Positions 8,268-17,630 are shown, counted from the first letter of the stretch. The stretch: 42,207 bases of DNA from Gammaproteobacteria bacterium (GCA_051008975.1 JBPCXA010000229.1:1-42207); one strand, 5' to 3'. The notes: generated by a model not told the origin, from the letters alone. Made by a program: numbers and translations.

Positions 8268-8987
8268 TTATTTTCCGATGAATTTGTTAATCCGCGCCAA
8301 AACGCCGTCCGGGCGGGCGGAATTTTCGGCGGGGGCGGGGGCGTCTTTTTCCAGGACGATTTCCACCGCCTTGCGCGGGGGGAGATATTGATTGACCGGC
8401 TTGTAGCCGAGTTCGGGCAAAAGTCCGCGCCCGTTTCTTTCGCGCGTCAATTTGGACACCTCCGAATTCGGGTCGTCAAAATCGCCGAACACGCGCGAAT
8501 TCGTCGGGCAGGTCAAAACGCACGCCGGCTGCCGCTCCGCCTCCGGCAAATTATCGTCGTAAATACGGTCTATGCACAGCGTACATTTTTTCATCGTGCC
8601 GTCCGTAGAATCCAATTCGCGCGCGCCGTACGGGCACGCCCACGCGCACAAGTTGCAGCCCATGCATTTTTCTTGATCCACCAGCACAATGCCGTCTTCG
8701 GCGCGTTTATAAGACGCGCCGGTCGGACAGACATCCACGCACGCCGCATCTTCGCAATGCATACAGGACATCGGAAAATGCACCGTCCGCCCGCCCGGCG
8801 TTTCCGGCGAATCTTCGGTTTCATAGGCGCGTACGCGGTTAAACCATACGCCCTCCGGGTCGCGCCCGTACGGACGTTCGTCGGTCAGCGGACCGGTCGC
8901 GCCGGAGGCGTTCCATTGTTTGCAGGCGACGGCGCAGGCATGACAGCCCACGCAAGTGTCCAAATCCACAACGAGTCCGAGTTTCAT
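8268..8987 (-). CDS. 4Fe-4S dicluster electron-transfer subunit (DmsB/PsrB/SoeB-like)
   Basis: MKLGLVVDLDTCVGCHACAVACKQWN ... CMHCEDAACVDVCPTGA ... CMGCNLCAWACPYGA ... CTLCIDR ... ACVLTCP gives four Cys clusters of the DmsB family. Confidence 0.85.
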   Translation of the reverse strand: MKLGLVVDLDTCVGCHACAVACKQWNASGATGPLTDERPYGRDPEGVWFNRVRAYETEDSPETPGGRTVHFPMSCMHCEDAACVDVCPTGASYKRAEDGIVLVDQEKCMGCNLCAWACPYGARELDSTDGTMKKCTLCIDRIYDDNLPEAERQPACVLTCPTNSRVFGDFDDPNSEVSKLTRERNGRGLLPELGYKPVNQYLPPRKAVEIVLEKDAPAPAENSARPDGVLARINKFIGK

Positions 8988-8993
8988 AACGCA

Positions 8994-8999
8994 ATTGTA
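8994..8999 (-). promoter_or_regulatory. -10-like TACAAT 6 nt upstream of the ATG at 8987
   Basis: The minus strand reads cgTAAAATtgcTACAATtgcgttATG. The TAA of the first hexamer is the xseA stop. No SD. Confidence 0.35.
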
Positions 9000-9005
9000 G
9001 CAATT

Positions 9006-10235
9006 TTACGGTCGCCCGCCGCCGTCCGCGCCGGAAGAATCGCGCACCGTCGCGCGCGCGCCGCCTTTGGCGAAGGTGAGACGCAACTCGTCGCCGCCGC
9101 GCAAAACGCCGCCGTCGGTGACGAGTTTGCCGTCCGCGCCGCGGATAATGGCGTATCCGCGCGCCAGAGTGTTTTGCGGGTCGCAGGCGCGCAACACCGC
9201 GGCGGCGCGGCGAATTTGCGAATCTACGGACAAAATTTGCCGTTTCGCCGCGTTGACGAAGCGCGCGGCGACATTCCGCAATTCGGAGGTTTTGGTATGC
9301 AAAAGCAGCGACGGACGCGACAACGCCGCCGCCGCGAAATCCAAACGCTGCGTACTGTCGCGAAAGTTGCGGGCGGCGGCGCGGCGGAAATTCGCGGCGG
9401 CGGCGCGCCATTGCGCACGCATTTCTCTGCCATCCGGGGACGCCAGCACCGCCGCGCCGGTGGGAGTCGGCGCGCGCGCGTCGGCGGCGAGGTCGGCGAG
9501 CGTCTCGTCAATTTCGTGGCCGATTCCGGTGATCACCGGCAGGCGCGATTTTACGATCGCGGCGACCGTCTCTTCTTCGTTGAACGCCCACAAATCCTCC
9601 ATTCCGCCGCCGCCGCGCACGACGAGCAGCGTTTCGCATTCGCGGCGGCGGTTGGCGATGTTGACGGCGGCGGCGATTTTGGCGGCGGCGTCCGCGCCCT
9701 GCGCCGGGGCGGGGTACACGACGACATGGATGGACGGCATCCGCGTTTTCAATGTACGCAGCACGTCGCGCACCGCCGCTCCGGCGGTGGAGCCGACGAC
9801 GCCGACAGTATGCGGCCAGAACGGCGGCGTTTGTTTGGCGGCGGAATCGAACCAGCCGCGCGCCGCCCATTCCTGTTTGCGCCGCGCGTAGAGTTGATGC
9901 CGCCGCCCGTCTCCGGTATGGCGGAGAAATCGCGCGAGCAGTTGAAACCGCCCGCGCGGGGCGTAAATACTCGCCTGCGCCAGCACTTCCACGGCGTCCC
10001 CGTCCGCCGGCGGCGCCGGCAGGAGCGCGTTATACTGCCGCAACATCACGCAGTCCGCCTGCGCGTCCGCGTCCCGCAACACAAAATACCAATGCCCGGA
10101 GGCGGCGCGGGTGAAATTCGCCACTTCGCCGGCGACCCAGCGGGCGGAAATTTGCGCCTCCACCGTCCGCCGCGCCGCCGCGACAAACGCGCCGACCGAT
10201 ATTGATTGGGTATCCGATTTCGTCAATAAATCCAT
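9006..10235 (-). CDS. xseA: exodeoxyribonuclease VII large subunit
   Basis: Start at MDLLTKSD. It has an OB-fold N-terminus (VAGEVANFTRAASGHWYFVLRD) and LLVVRGGGGMEDLWAFNEEETVAAIVKSRLPVITGIGHEID, typical of XseA. Confidence 0.9.
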   Translation of the reverse strand: MDLLTKSDTQSISVGAFVAAARRTVEAQISARWVAGEVANFTRAASGHWYFVLRDADAQADCVMLRQYNALLPAPPADGDAVEVLAQASIYAPRGRFQLLARFLRHTGDGRRHQLYARRKQEWAARGWFDSAAKQTPPFWPHTVGVVGSTAGAAVRDVLRTLKTRMPSIHVVVYPAPAQGADAAAKIAAAVNIANRRRECETLLVVRGGGGMEDLWAFNEEETVAAIVKSRLPVITGIGHEIDETLADLAADARAPTPTGAAVLASPDGREMRAQWRAAAANFRRAAARNFRDSTQRLDFAAAALSRPSLLLHTKTSELRNVAARFVNAAKRQILSVDSQIRRAAAVLRACDPQNTLARGYAIIRGADGKLVTDGGVLRGGDELRLTFAKGGARATVRDSSGADGGGRP

Positions 10236-10540
10236 AAATTCCCGCCATATTCGCCCGTTTCGGCGCGCCGCAAACCGCAAGTATTGCACAATTCGCGCCG
10301 AAAAAACATTCGCCGCCGCGCGGCAATTGTCGCCGCGATATATCTTATTGTTTTTACGATGTTTTGTAAAATTGATTAATCCTGCGACAAATGCGCGAAA
10401 GGGGCGGAATCAGGCGATGGACGGCATTTTATGGACAGAGTTTTACACAGAAATTGTGCAAAAGAAGACGGACGCCCGCCCGCAAAGGCGCGAAGCCGAA
10501 TTCGCCCCCAAAAACGCGCCCGTTTGCTGAATGAGATTCC

Positions 10541-10771
10541 GGCTCCCGCGTTCGCGAGGATAAACTTTCGCCGGAATGGCGTATTTTTATATTTTCGGAT
10601 ACCGCTAAATTCGGTATTGTTCGCAAAGATAAAAAGAACCCGCCATTCCGGCGAAAGCCGGAATCTCTTTGCGCGAAAGCGCAAACGGCGGATTCGCCTT
10701 CGGCGAATGAGATTCCTGCTTTCGCAGGAATGGGATTTCTGGGTACTTTGGATTCCCGTCTTTGCGGGAAT
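10541..10771. repeat. mosaic intergenic repeat cluster (NIME-like)
   Basis: Half unit at 10541-10580, a 58-bp spacer at 10581-10638 (TATTTTTATATTTTCGGATACCGCTAAATTCGGTATTG...) that recurs at 27578-27635, a full ~97-bp unit at 10639-10735, and a perfect ATTCCC-N8-GGGAAT palindrome at 10752-10771. Confidence 0.75.
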
Positions 10772-10800
10772 GACGGCGGCGGAACGGAATTGTCGCGGAT

Positions 10801-12942
10801 TCATATTTGCATCGGGTCCACGTCCATCGTCCAGCGAACTTCGCCGGAGGAGGGCGGGAGTTTTCGCCGCCACGCGCCGAGAAATTGATGCAGCGGCGCG
10901 CGCGATTCCGCCTGCGCCAGCAATTGCCAGCGGCGACGGTGCGCGATTTTGGCGACCGGCGACGGGGCGGGATCAAATAATTGCACCTCCGGCGGGCGAA
11001 TCGATTCCGCCGTCCGCCGCGCTTCGGCGAAAAACTTCGACAATTTTTCCGCCGAAAACGCCGACGCGCGCAAAAGGGCGCAGTGCGCGAACGGCGGCAG
11101 TCGCGCCCGCCGCCGCTCCGCGGAAATCCGTTGCCAGCACCGCTCCAAATCGTCCGCCAGCAAATCGCGGTAAAATGGATGCTCCGGATTCGCGGTTTGA
11201 ATCAGCACCCGGCAGACGCCGCGATTTCTCGTGCCGCGTCCGACGACCTGCCGCAGCAGCATCAGCAGACGCTCCTCGGCGCGGAAATCCGCCGACCACA
11301 ATCCGGCGTCCGCGTTCAAAACGCCGATAAACGCCAGATGCGGAAAATCGTGTCCCTTTGCGACGATTTGCGTGCCGACCAGCAAACGCGCCTCGCCGGA
11401 AGAAATTCGCGCCCGCAGCGCGGCGAAACTGTCGCGCCCGGAAAGCGAATCGCGGTCCAGACGCACCGCCCGAATCGGCGCGAATCGCGCATTTAACGCC
11501 TCCTCTATCCGCTGCGTACCGATTCCCGCCGCATGCATTTCGCCGCCGCACGCCCCGCAACGCACCGGCGGCGGCGAAGACGCCCCGCAGCGGTGGCAAA
11601 CCAAACTTCCGCGCCGCCGGTGCCAGGTCATTCGCGCCTCGCAGGCGCGGCACAGCGCCTTCCACCGGCACCGCCCGCAGACGAGCATCGGCGAATATCC
11701 GCGCCGGTTGACAAACACCAGCGCCTGCCGTCCGCCGCGCAGCGTTTCTCCCAGTTCCGCGAGAAACTGCTGCGACATTCCGTGAAACAGCGCGCCGTCC
11801 TCCGCCGCCAGCGCCTTGTCCAGACGCCCCTCCCGCGCCCGCGAATTCATCCGCAAAAGATGATAGCGGCCGCGGCGGGCGTTTTCATAACTCTCCAAAG
11901 ACGGGGTCGCCGAACCGCACACCAGCAGCGTTTTTTCGCGGCGGGCGCGCCACACCGCGACATCGCGCGCCGAAAACAACAATCCCTCCTCCTGTTTGTA
12001 GGAATCGTCATGCTCCTCGTCCACCACAATCAGGCGCAGTCCGGGCAGCGGCGTAAACACCGCCAGACGCGTCCCCAGCACCACGTCGGCGTCGCCGCGC
12101 AACGCCGCCAGCCACCGTCGCGCCCGCTCCCCGTCGGTCAGCGCGCTATGCAAAACGCACAAATGCCGCCGCGGAAAACGGCGCGCGAACGCCGCCTCCA
12201 ACTGCGGAGTCAGATGAATTTCGGGCGTTAAAATCAGCGCCCGCCCGCCCGCTTCCATCGCCTTCGTCGCCAGCCGAAGATACACTTCGGTCTTGCCCGC
12301 GCCGGTGTCGCCGAACAGCAGATACGGCGCATATCCGCCGTCCGTCCGCACCGCCGCGACCGCCCGTTCCTGGTCGGCGGTCGGCGGCGGCGGCGAATCG
12401 GCTTCCGCCTCCGCCTCCGCGCGCGGCGGACGGTAATGTTCCCGCGACAGCGCGCCCGTTCGCGCCAGACGCCGCAACACCGCCGCGTCGGCGCCGGTCG
12501 CCGCGCGGATCGCCGCCGCCGTCTCGCATTTGCCGTCCCGCAAAAACTCCCACACCAGCGCCGCCTTCGCGCCGCGCGGCGGCGAATCGCCGCACCGCCG
12601 CCAGCCGAAAGCCGGACGCGACACGGTCGCGCGGCGGAAAACGGCGGGCAGAACGGCGGCGGCGGCGACGCCGACCGGGGCGTGATAATAAGAGGCGCAA
12701 AAACGGATTAAATCCAGCGTCGCCGGCGGCAGCGACGGCATGTCCGGATAGGTTTCCAGCACCGTCTTAATCTTAATATGCGGCGGCGCGGCGGATTTTT
12801 CGCCCTCCGCCATTACCACGCCGGTCGTTTTGCGCCCGCCGAACGCCACGCGCACCCGCCGCCCCAGCAGCGATTCGCCGTCCGGCGCGGCGTAGTCAAA
12901 GAGTTGGAACGCCGGCACATTGACGGCGACGGAGACGATCAT
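10801..12942 (-). CDS. priA: primosomal replication restart helicase PriA
   Basis: Start at MIVSVAVNVP. It contains Walker A GDTGAGKTEVY, DEEHD, and the zinc-finger block CGRCRWKALCRACEARMTWHRRRGSLVCHRCG...CGACGG. The track start at 13017 was rejected because a TATAAT for mlaF lies in that extension. Confidence 0.9.
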   Translation of the reverse strand: MIVSVAVNVPAFQLFDYAAPDGESLLGRRVRVAFGGRKTTGVVMAEGEKSAAPPHIKIKTVLETYPDMPSLPPATLDLIRFCASYYHAPVGVAAAAVLPAVFRRATVSRPAFGWRRCGDSPPRGAKAALVWEFLRDGKCETAAAIRAATGADAAVLRRLARTGALSREHYRPPRAEAEAEADSPPPPTADQERAVAAVRTDGGYAPYLLFGDTGAGKTEVYLRLATKAMEAGGRALILTPEIHLTPQLEAAFARRFPRRHLCVLHSALTDGERARRWLAALRGDADVVLGTRLAVFTPLPGLRLIVVDEEHDDSYKQEEGLLFSARDVAVWRARREKTLLVCGSATPSLESYENARRGRYHLLRMNSRAREGRLDKALAAEDGALFHGMSQQFLAELGETLRGGRQALVFVNRRGYSPMLVCGRCRWKALCRACEARMTWHRRRGSLVCHRCGASSPPPVRCGACGGEMHAAGIGTQRIEEALNARFAPIRAVRLDRDSLSGRDSFAALRARISSGEARLLVGTQIVAKGHDFPHLAFIGVLNADAGLWSADFRAEERLLMLLRQVVGRGTRNRGVCRVLIQTANPEHPFYRDLLADDLERCWQRISAERRRARLPPFAHCALLRASAFSAEKLSKFFAEARRTAESIRPPEVQLFDPAPSPVAKIAHRRRWQLLAQAESRAPLHQFLGAWRRKLPPSSGEVRWTMDVDPMQI

Positions 12943-13035
12943 TTTTGCCGCGCGGATAAAACGCGGATTATATCCCGCCGGACGGCGGCGCGGCGGAATG
13001 TCGTATAATCGCGTCATTTACCGCCCCGCCCGCCC

Positions 13036-13836
13036 GTGTCCGAACCCTCCCCCGCCCTGGAAATTAATAATCTTTCGTTCGCCTACGATTCGCGGCGGAA
13101 GATTCTCCGCGATATGTCGCTCACAGTTCCGCGGGGGAAGGTGGTCGCGCTGATCGGCGGCAGCGGCAGCGGCAAGACGACCGTATTGCGCAACATTTCC
13201 GGACAAGTGTCGCCCGACGGCGGCGCGATAAAAGTGCTGGGGCGCGATCTGCCGGTCTCCGGGCGGGAGTTGAAGTTGTTGCGGCGGCGGATGGGCATAC
13301 TGTTTCAATACGGCGGATTGTTTACCGATTTGTCGGTGTTTGACAATGTCGCCTTTCCGCTGCGCGAGCATTGGAATTTGTCGCCCGATACTTTGCGCGA
13401 TATTGTGATGTTGAAACTGGAATGCGTGGGACTGCGCGGCGCGGCGCGGCTGTTCCCGTCCGAGTTGTCGGGCGGAATGCAGCGGCGGGTGGGGCTGGCG
13501 CGCGCCGTGGCGATGGATCCGAAACTGATTTTGTACGACGAGCCGTTCGCCGGGCTGGATCCGATTTCGCTGGCCATCACGGTGCGGTTGATCCGGGATC
13601 TCAACGCCGCCCTCGGCGCGACTTCGGTCGTCGTCACGCACGACATCCGCGAAACCTTCAAGATTGTGGAATATGTATATTTAATATGGGACGGCAGGAT
13701 GGTCGCGCAGGGGACGCCGAATGAAATGCGGAATTCCTCGCTGCCGGAAGTGCGGCAGTTCGTCAACGCCGAGATTGACGGGCCGCTGCCGTTTCATCAA
13801 AAGGCGCCGCCGCTGGCGGAGGAGCTGCAATTATGA
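13036..13836 (+). CDS. mlaF: phospholipid ABC transporter ATP-binding protein
   Basis: Walker A GGSGSGKTT, signature LSGGMQRRVGLARA, Walker B ILYDEP. It is first in an mlaFEDCB-ordered operon. Confidence 0.85.
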   Translation: MSEPSPALEINNLSFAYDSRRKILRDMSLTVPRGKVVALIGGSGSGKTTVLRNISGQVSPDGGAIKVLGRDLPVSGRELKLLRRRMGILFQYGGLFTDLSVFDNVAFPLREHWNLSPDTLRDIVMLKLECVGLRGAARLFPSELSGGMQRRVGLARAVAMDPKLILYDEPFAGLDPISLAITVRLIRDLNAALGATSVVVTHDIRETFKIVEYVYLIWDGRMVAQGTPNEMRNSSLPEVRQFVNAEIDGPLPFHQKAPPLAEELQL

Positions 13837-14660
13837 ACGCGCCGCCCGAAGAGCAACACGGCGGCGACAGCCGCGACCGCAGTTTCGCCGGCGTCTTTCG
13901 CCGGATGGGATGGCCGGTCGTCGAGGCGCTGTTGAATTTGGGGCGGGCGACGCGGTTCGTCGCCGCCGTATTTTTGCACGGCGGCGCGTCGCTGCGGCGT
14001 CCGCGATTAATTTTGCGGCAGATGCGGCTCGTCGGGGTCAATACTTTGCCGATCATTTTAATCGCCGGACTGTTCGTCGGCTTCGTGCTGGGGCTGCAGT
14101 TTTATGTGCTGCTCAACCGCTACGGGCAGGTGGAATTCGTCGGCGCCGGGGTCGCCCTGACGATTTTTCGCGAGCTCGGTCCGGTGTGCGCCGGGCTGCT
14201 TTTCGTCGGCTGCGCCTGCACTTCCATGACCGCCGCCATCGGACTGAAAAAATCCAGCGAACAGATTTTGGCGATGGAGATGATGGCGGTGGATCCGCTC
14301 GCCCGGGAACTCAATCCGCGTTTGTGGGCGGGCGTTCTCTCGCTGCCGCTGCTGACGGTGTATTTTGACGCGGTCGGAATCGCCGGGGCGTATCTCATCG
14401 CGGTGCCGCAGATCGGCATAGATTCCGGCGTGTTTTGGTCGGTGATGCAGCAGTGGGCGAAGTTTTACGACGACTTCGTCTTCGGCGTGATGAAGGGCGC
14501 GGCGTTCGGTTTCGTCTCCGTGTCGGTCGCCGTGTACGAGGGATACCATTGCGTACCGACCGCGGAGGGCGTGGCGCGCGCGACCACCCGCACGGTGATC
14601 AAGGGTTCGCTGGCGGTGCTGGGGCTGAACTTCCTGCTTACCGCGTTTATGGTAAACTGA
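13833..14660 (+). CDS. mlaE: phospholipid ABC transporter permease
   Basis: The polytopic ORF contains FRELGPV and MEMMAVDP motifs typical of MlaE. Its ATGA overlaps mlaF. Confidence 0.85.
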   Translation: MNAPPEEQHGGDSRDRSFAGVFRRMGWPVVEALLNLGRATRFVAAVFLHGGASLRRPRLILRQMRLVGVNTLPIILIAGLFVGFVLGLQFYVLLNRYGQVEFVGAGVALTIFRELGPVCAGLLFVGCACTSMTAAIGLKKSSEQILAMEMMAVDPLARELNPRLWAGVLSLPLLTVYFDAVGIAGAYLIAVPQIGIDSGVFWSVMQQWAKFYDDFVFGVMKGAAFGFVSVSVAVYEGYHCVPTAEGVARATTRTVIKGSLAVLGLNFLLTAFMVN

Positions 14661-14664
14661 CGGA

Positions 14665-15126
14665 ATGTACGCAACGGAATCGCGGCGGCGGCTGGATTTT
14701 ATCGTCGGTCTTTTCGTCGCCGGCGCGGCGTTGTGCGCGGTGTTTATCGCCCTGCGCGCCGCCGGCATCGCCGATGTTTCCGGCGGCGGCTATGTCGTCC
14801 GCGCCCAGTTCGATCAAATCGGCGCGCTGCCGGCGCGCGCGCCGGTCAAAAGCGCGGGCGTCCGCGTCGGGCGCGTGCGGGAGGTGCAATTCAACGACGA
14901 GAATTTCATCGCCGAAGTGACGATGGTGATCGAAAACGAATATCTTTTTCCCGCCGATTCCACTTTTTCCATCGTTTCCAGCAATCTGCTGGGAGGGCAG
15001 TATATTTCCATCAACCCCGGCGGCGCGGAGGAAAATTTACAGCCCGGACAAATCGTCGTCGGCAACGACGCGATTGTTCTCGAACATTTAATCGGCAAGT
15101 TTTTGTTTGACAAGGCGGGGGAGTGA
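14665..15126 (+). CDS. mlaD: MCE-domain outer membrane lipid asymmetry protein
   Basis: N-terminal TM helix followed by the MCE domain (YVVRAQFDQIGALPARAPVKSAGVRVGRVREV...LLGGQYISINPG). Confidence 0.8.
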   Translation: MYATESRRRLDFIVGLFVAGAALCAVFIALRAAGIADVSGGGYVVRAQFDQIGALPARAPVKSAGVRVGRVREVQFNDENFIAEVTMVIENEYLFPADSTFSIVSSNLLGGQYISINPGGAEENLQPGQIVVGNDAIVLEHLIGKFLFDKAGE

Positions 15127-15130
15127 ACGA

Positions 15131-15766
15131 ATGAACCATATTAATCGTTCGAAAAACCGGCGGGCGGATTTTTGCAGACGGGCGGCGGGAGTCGCCGTTG
15201 CCGCCGCGATATGCTGCGCCGCCTTCGCCGCGCCGTCGCCGGAAGATGTGGGCGAAGATCTGGCGGCGCGCAACGACGCGATTGTCGGCGAGTTGCGGCG
15301 TCTGCGGGCGGACGGCGAATTGTCCCCCGAAGACGCGCTGCGGTTAATTCGCCGCGAGCTTTCGCCGATCATAGATTTCCGCCGCATTTCCGGACAATCC
15401 GCGGGCAAATACTGGCGACGCGCCTCGGACGACGAAAAAAACGAAATTACCGCGGCGTTCCAAGATTTATTGGAAGGCGTTTACGCCAAAGTGCTGGCGC
15501 GATACTCCGACCAGGAAGTGCGTCTGGTGGAATCCAAACTGCGCGGGGACGGGACGATATTGGCCGGCGTGGAAGTGCGCGACGGCGAAAGAACCGCGCG
15601 CATTGAATATGTGTTTTACGAAAAAGACGGCGCGGCGAAAATCACCGACGTGCTGGTGGAGGGCGTCAGTTTGCTGGACACCTATCGGCGGCAGTTCGCG
15701 CGCATCGCCAAAAAAGACGGCGTCGCCGGATTGGCCGCGCGTCTGCGGGAAATCGCCGCAAAATGA
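15131..15766 (+). CDS. mlaC: periplasmic phospholipid-binding protein (Ttg2D/MlaC family)
   Basis: Signal peptide (AAGVAVAAAICCAAFA). The call also rests on its position after mlaD and on MlaC-like length and composition. Confidence 0.7.
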   Translation: MNHINRSKNRRADFCRRAAGVAVAAAICCAAFAAPSPEDVGEDLAARNDAIVGELRRLRADGELSPEDALRLIRRELSPIIDFRRISGQSAGKYWRRASDDEKNEITAAFQDLLEGVYAKVLARYSDQEVRLVESKLRGDGTILAGVEVRDGERTARIEYVFYEKDGAAKITDVLVEGVSLLDTYRRQFARIAKKDGVAGLAARLREIAAK

Positions 15767-16062
15767 GCGGCTATCGTCCGGCGGCGTTTTCGTTCGCCGA
15801 CGCGGAAACGCGCATCGCGGAGGGGCGCGCGCAAATCGCCGCCGCCGAAGACGACATGACGATAGACGCCGGGGCGCTGGAAGACGGCGGCACGCCGGCG
15901 GTGTGCGCGCTGCTCGCGTGGCGGCGGTGCGCGGCGGAACGCGAACGCCGCCTACGTTTCGCCGATATTCCGTCGCGTCTGCGCAAACTGATTCAAGTGT
16001 ATCAGTTGGAAAAAATTCTTTTGGAATCCGAACTGTTTCCGGCGGGCGGCGCGAATTCGTAA
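15763..16062 (+). CDS. mlaB: STAS-domain protein
   Basis: 99 aa with an ATGA overlap to mlaC. It is the last canonical gene of the mla operon and has STAS-like size. Confidence 0.6.
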   Translation: MSGYRPAAFSFADAETRIAEGRAQIAAAEDDMTIDAGALEDGGTPAVCALLAWRRCAAERERRLRFADIPSRLRKLIQVYQLEKILLESELFPAGGANS

Positions 16063-16934
16063 TGCCGGATCTGGATCAATTTTTTACGCGTCCGGAAATC
16101 GCGCGGCGGTGTTGGAAATATCTTCTGCCGGCGCTGCGCGAACTTACCGGCAGGCGCGCGGAAGAATTGTGTTTTATCGAACCCGGCGCGGGGGACGGCG
16201 TGTTTTACGATTTATTTCCCGCCGCCGCAAAACGAATCGGTCTGGACATCGCGCCGCGCCGCGATGCGTTTCTTGCGCGCGATTTTTTGGAATGGCGCTA
16301 TCGCCCGAAAGTTCCCCGCCGAGATGTCGTCGTCGTCGGCAATCCGCCGTTCGGTACGCGCGGCAAAACGGCGGCGGCGTTTTTCAACCGCGCGGCGGAA
16401 ATGGCGGACACCGTCGCGTTTATCGTGCCGGTAATTTTCCGCAAGTATTTCATTCACAAGCAATTGCATTCCGATTTTCGCTGGATTTATCAGTCCGCCC
16501 TGCCGCGCGATTCGTTTCGGACGGACGCGAAAAAAATCTACGCGGTCAACACCGAGTTTCAGGTATGGACGCGCATTCCGACCGCGCGCGAAAACTTGCG
16601 CCTGTTTTCGCCGCCGCCGATTTCGCACCGCGATTTTATTATGCATCAATACAACAATACGACGGACGCGCTGCGCGTTTTCGGCGAGCCGTTCGATTTC
16701 GCCGTCCCGTCGCAGGGATGGCAGGATTACGCGCGCCGCGAAACCGATCCGGCGAAATGCGAAAAGAACAAACAATGGATGCTGTTCAAGCCGCGCGACC
16801 GCCGCGTTTATGAACGTCTGTATCGCGGAATGGACTACGCCGTCCTCGCGCAAAAGAACACCACCAGCATTCCCGGTTTTCGCAAGGGCGACATCGTGCG
16901 CGAATACGCGCTCCGCTACGAATCGCGCGCATAA
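16062..16934 (+). CDS. orphan gamma-class N6-adenine DNA methyltransferase (TaqI/Eco57I-like fold)
   Basis: Start at MPDLDQFFTRPEIARR (typical F-T-P-x-x-I-A N-terminus). SAM motif I is FIEPGAGDGVFY and is followed by catalytic motif IV VVVGNPPFG. The 290-aa ORF overlaps the mlaB stop (TAATG). No nuclease gene is adjacent. Confidence 0.6.
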   Translation: MPDLDQFFTRPEIARRCWKYLLPALRELTGRRAEELCFIEPGAGDGVFYDLFPAAAKRIGLDIAPRRDAFLARDFLEWRYRPKVPRRDVVVVGNPPFGTRGKTAAAFFNRAAEMADTVAFIVPVIFRKYFIHKQLHSDFRWIYQSALPRDSFRTDAKKIYAVNTEFQVWTRIPTARENLRLFSPPPISHRDFIMHQYNNTTDALRVFGEPFDFAVPSQGWQDYARRETDPAKCEKNKQWMLFKPRDRRVYERLYRGMDYAVLAQKNTTSIPGFRKGDIVREYALRYESRA

Positions 16935-17017
16935 AACCCGGCGGCGTTTCGGCGTTTATGTATTTAATAAAGGCGATCTTAAAAGATCGCGGTTAAAGAA
17001 TCGCGGCGGAATTAATT

Positions 17018-17030
17018 CCCCCCCCCCCCC
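17018..17030. repeat. C13 homopolymer in a convergent intergenic region
   Basis: 13 consecutive C, counted directly. It is flanked by direct GAATTAAT repeats (17009-17016 and 17034-17041) and lies 6 nt beyond the hisH stop codon. Confidence 0.9.
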
Positions 17031-17036
17031 TGTGAA

Positions 17037-17630
17037 TTAATCGGCGACGAAATTGCGCAGCAGTTGCGCGCCGGGGCGGGCGCTTTTTTCGGGATGAAAC
17101 TGCGCGGCGACGATTCCGCCCTTCGCCGCCGCGGCGGCGAAAGTTTCGCCGTAATATGAGACGGCGATCGCGTCCGCGTCCGGCGGACAATAGTAGGAAT
17201 GAATGAAATAAAAACGCGCGTCCGCCGCGATGCCGCGAAACGCCGGATGCGGACGCGCCGCCGAAGCCGTATTCCAGCCGATGTGCGGAATTTTTTCCGT
17301 CTCCGGAAATTTGCGTACGCGCCCGCGCAAAATTCCGAGTCCGGGCGTATCCGGATCTTCGTCGCTGCCTTCGTACAGCACCTGCATTCCGATGCAGATT
17401 CCCAGAAACGGTTTTTGTTCCGCCGCCCGCAAAAGCGGCGCGCGCAGACCGCGGGCGTCAATTTCGCGCATGCACGACGCAAAATGCCCGTCGCCGGGCA
17501 GCACGACCTTGTCCGCCGCGTCAATGTCGGCGGCGGCGGAGGTGATTCGCACCGTCGCCCCGGCGCGCCGCAGTCCGGCCTCCGCCGAGTGCAAATTTCC
17601 CGCGCCGCAGTCCGCCAGCGCGATGTTCAT
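17037..17630 (-). CDS. hisH: imidazole glycerol phosphate synthase, glutamine amidotransferase subunit
   Basis: Start at MNIALADCGAGNLHS. It has the catalytic Cys motif PFLGICIGMQVL and C-terminal AAQFHPEKS. Confidence 0.9.
   Translation of the reverse strand: MNIALADCGAGNLHSAEAGLRRAGATVRITSAAADIDAADKVVLPGDGHFASCMREIDARGLRAPLLRAAEQKPFLGICIGMQVLYEGSDEDPDTPGLGILRGRVRKFPETEKIPHIGWNTASAARPHPAFRGIAADARFYFIHSYYCPPDADAIAVSYYGETFAAAAAKGGIVAAQFHPEKSARPGAQLLRNFVAD

Noticed and set aside
7761-10205. 814-aa plus-strand ORF, the longest on this strand in the region
   Set aside because: It is antisense to clearly recognisable genes (FeS subunit, xseA). The translation is Arg/Ala/Gly/Pro-rich and low complexity with no motifs. 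This is the typical stop-codon-poor antisense frame of GC-rich DNA.
15603-16061. 5' part of the 443-aa ORF that contains the methyltransferase
   Set aside because: It overlaps mlaC and mlaB in another frame and is Arg/Gly-rich. The methyltransferase homology begins at MPDLDQFFT (16062), right at the mlaB stop.
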